A stretch of 16,891 bases of DNA, from positions 1 to 16,891 of the forward strand of contig JAGLWO010000424.1 in NCBI GenBank assembly GCA_023133395.1. Direction: 5' to 3'. The stretch is from Candidatus Cloacimonadota bacterium (GTDB lineage: Bacteria > Cloacimonadota > Cloacimonadia > Cloacimonadales > TCS61). The notes under the pieces were generated by a model. That model did no database searches and was not told the origin of the DNA. It saw nothing but the letters and a program-made list of their open reading frames with translations. Within the stretch, counting starts at the first letter, position 1. Every line of letters starts with the position of its first letter. A program made the translations under genes and the position numbers. Shown here in pieces: positions 15,901 to 16,891 of the stretch.

Positions 15901-16419
15901 GGAAATTATTATGATTATCTTTCATTCTATATCGATGACATAGAGATGGATAAATGGGCAGGTGAAAAACCGTGGGAACAGGTTAGCTTTCCTGTTACAG
16001 CCGGGAATCACAGTTTTAAATGGCGGTATATAAAAGACCAGGCTTTAACCAGCGGTTCCGATTGCGCCTGGATAGATTATATTATCTTTCCACCTTTGAA
16101 CCTTGAAGTTTCTTCTGAGAATGAATTAGTTGCTCCATCGGTTGCAAAACTGTACGGAAATTACCCCAACCCATTCAATCCATCCACAACGATCAGTTTT
16201 TCCGTATCACAAACATCCTCATTTGTGACTCTCGATATTTTCAACATCAAAGGACAGAAAGTAAAAACGCTTATCAATGAAGCACTTTCAGCAGGTCAGC
16301 ACTCCGTTGTCTGGAACGGGAAAGATGAAAAAGGTAAAAACGTAAGCTCAGGAGTTTATTTCTACAAATTGAACACTGGTAATTATGAAAAAACAAAGAA
16401 AATGATATTGCTTAAGTAA
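12934..16419 (+). CDS. gingipain-like cysteine peptidase (family C25) with an N-terminal propeptide-like region, CARDB/Ig-like repeats, a jelly-roll (choice-of-anchor-J/MAM-like) domain and a T9SS CTD; 1161 aa
   Basis: ATG 12934 has a GGAGAG RBS and a signal peptide MRKIIIIVILIISINLNA. The track's 12838 start adds 32 non-signal residues. C25 hallmarks are LLIITPSQFENDFQDLIELY, VLLAGDVEHVPY, DLYYSALDG and EISVGRMS. The catalytic His sits in HHAGHAS (His450, nt 14281-14283) and the Cys in YTHGCLSGAFD (Cys487, nt 14392-14394). CARDB-like region at ~15370-15500. FETGDF...WIDYIIF domain at ~15679-16090. CTD NYPNPFNPSTTISF...SSGVYFYKL...KKMILLK. Confidence 0.9.
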   Translation: MRKIIIIVILIISINLNAEIIEKTFFFDKYEISEINEYQIINFNNTLPTGKIGEPVLPYHSVSLMLPPGEIAESIEIIGENEKQIPGNFQLYPQQHSRPISKGNSGEFQKNEKIYASEEQYPARLSGELTTQYSNGYAFGLSTFTPLMYIPSRGRVSYFQKVTVKITTNPDSRSSKAMENLRSSNEVLNRVSNFAQNPEMISRYPFPTNRDDEYQLLIITPSQFENDFQDLIELYLIRGILTEITTTEFINSSMPGQDLQEKIRNYIIQEYQDNGIEQVLLAGDVEHVPYRGFYCYVDSGGGYEDDDIPADLYYSALDGTWNDDGDNLWGEIDEDDLLPEISVGRMSFSNLSELNIMFNKTISYQNTPVLGELQKLLLAGEHMYSNPLTWGGDFLDLLIGFHDDNGYTTNGIPVDHDYETMYDRDLGSWSATQLINKINEGKAFIHHAGHASTNYCMRMNTSDITNTNFSLVNGVDHNFTHVYTHGCLSGAFDSDDCIAEYMVKIDNFAAAFVGNSRYGWFNEGQTEGPSLHLHREFVDALYSDKTCWIGSAHLESKIDTSPWVTAPGQWEEGALRWCFYGCNVLGDPALSIWTDEPIEIDVTHNSVIFLGTSTYSVHVESGGIPVEDMQCTLMQDGELIGTETTNTSGNAEIMFDAVSVVPGEANLIISGYNRPPIIYPVQVIPPGYCVIVESYSIFSGNDDVLEFGENALLSMNLEVFGIGGVHNVIVNISTEDNYITINDSTEYVDFIALGSIVEINDAFDFDVSNNVPDEHSIDFLVLITCDEGGWQSGLSFTAYAPVISLGNVVVQDGENGVLDPGEEAELVIELNNAGGADAYNLIPSVLSTDPYISITIIPLVIDSLNANSSGSYAICSVVVSEEAPLGHVIDFDFELSADNDYFVTDSFSLVVGLCIEDFETGDFSSYNWEFTGNADWIIDINSYEGAYCAKSGSITHNQETWLILEADILCDDEISFWRKVSCEDVGSVTGNYYDYLSFYIDDIEMDKWAGEKPWEQVSFPVTAGNHSFKWRYIKDQALTSGSDCAWIDYIIFPPLNLEVSSENELVAPSVAKLYGNYPNPFNPSTTISFSVSQTSSFVTLDIFNIKGQKVKTLINEALSAGQHSVVWNGKDEKGKNVSSGVYFYKLNTGNYEKTKKMILLK

Positions 16420-16465
16420 GAATAGATCTCCAAGCTGTTCGAGAATGTTTTCAGAGGAGTAAATC

Positions 16466-16891
16466 ATGAAAACTTTGATATTTATTTTCTCATTTTTAAC
16501 AACCTTTCTATATGCAACTATCATAAATATCCCGGCAGACCAGCCAACAATTCAAGCAGGGATAAACGTAGCGGTTGATGGAGATACGGTTCTTGTACAA
16601 CCTGGGACATATTTTGAGAACACAAACTACAATGGTAAAAACATAACTGTCGGTTCATTATTCATAACAACACAGGATACAACTTATATCTCCAATACAA
16701 TCATAGATGGTGGTCAACCTTCAAATCCGGATTGTGCTTCTGTGGTAACTTTTGAAAGTGGTGAAAACTCGTATGCAATATTAACCGGATTTTCTTTGTT
16801 TAACGGAATAGGAACTTACGCTGATCCATCCGGTAGCGGTTATTATCACTATTACGGAGGTGGAATATTTTGCGTAAATTCAAATCCCGCT
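16466..16891 (+). CDS. 5' part of a secreted right-handed beta-helix protein; continues beyond the window
   Basis: GAGGAG RBS at 16454-16459. ATG 16466 is open for 142 codons to the window end. Signal peptide MKTLIFIFSFLTTFLYA. INIPADQPTIQAGINVAVDGDTVLVQPGTYFEN is the typical N-terminal cap of pectate-lyase-fold / beta-helix proteins. Confidence 0.75.
   Translation, partial: MKTLIFIFSFLTTFLYATIINIPADQPTIQAGINVAVDGDTVLVQPGTYFENTNYNGKNITVGSLFITTQDTTYISNTIIDGGQPSNPDCASVVTFESGENSYAILTGFSLFNGIGTYADPSGSGYYHYYGGGIFCVNSNPA

Noticed and set aside
12934-16419. That the 1161-aa C25-like protein is the T9SS sortase PorU, which is also C25-like and of similar length.
   Set aside because: The dyad at His450/Cys487 follows a propeptide-like region, as in gingipain precursors. 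As I recall, PorU's catalytic Cys lies much further into the protein (about residue 690 in P. gingivalis). The protein also carries adhesin-like CARDB and jelly-roll modules. This is not fully excluded, and a PorU-specific HMM would settle it.

Overview
AT-rich bacterial chromosomal segment in which every supportable gene lies on the + strand. Features from left to right:

1. The 3' end of a hydrolase-like gene (2-337).
2. A very AT-rich, tightly packed three-gene block (339-3662). It encodes an orphan 231-aa helical protein, a secreted SH3b + Ig-like + caspase (peptidase C14) protein, and a DUF4384-type lipoprotein.
3. An IS200/RAYT-like Y1 HUH transposase gene (3864-4427). It is bracketed by two ~180-nt direct repeats, each carrying two related hairpins built on TTCCGAA/TTCGGAA stems. 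The downstream copy keeps the transposase RBS and first codons as a mini-ORF that overlaps the next gene's start.
4. A housekeeping-looking trio: a YhaM-like OB+HD exoribonuclease, a YycJ-like MBL hydrolase and a CaCA Na+/Ca2+ antiporter.
5. After a 144-nt AT-rich gap, a run of five exported proteins:
- a 765-aa orphan lipoprotein
- an 802-aa protein with FN3, a dockerin-like module and a T9SS C-terminal sorting domain
- a 167-aa cohesin-like lipoprotein
- a 1161-aa gingipain-like C25 cysteine peptidase with a T9SS CTD
- the start of a beta-helix protein

The T9SS-type CTDs and the composition suggest an FCB-superphylum-like lineage such as Cloacimonadota; this is inference only. No rRNA, tRNA or CRISPR was seen.

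The three most interesting candidates are the low-GC caspase/DUF4384/orphan module next to the transposase, the structured repeats around the Y1 transposase, and the cohesin-dockerin pairing embedded among T9SS cargo and a C25 protease. All domain calls come from motif recognition by eye. No searches were run.
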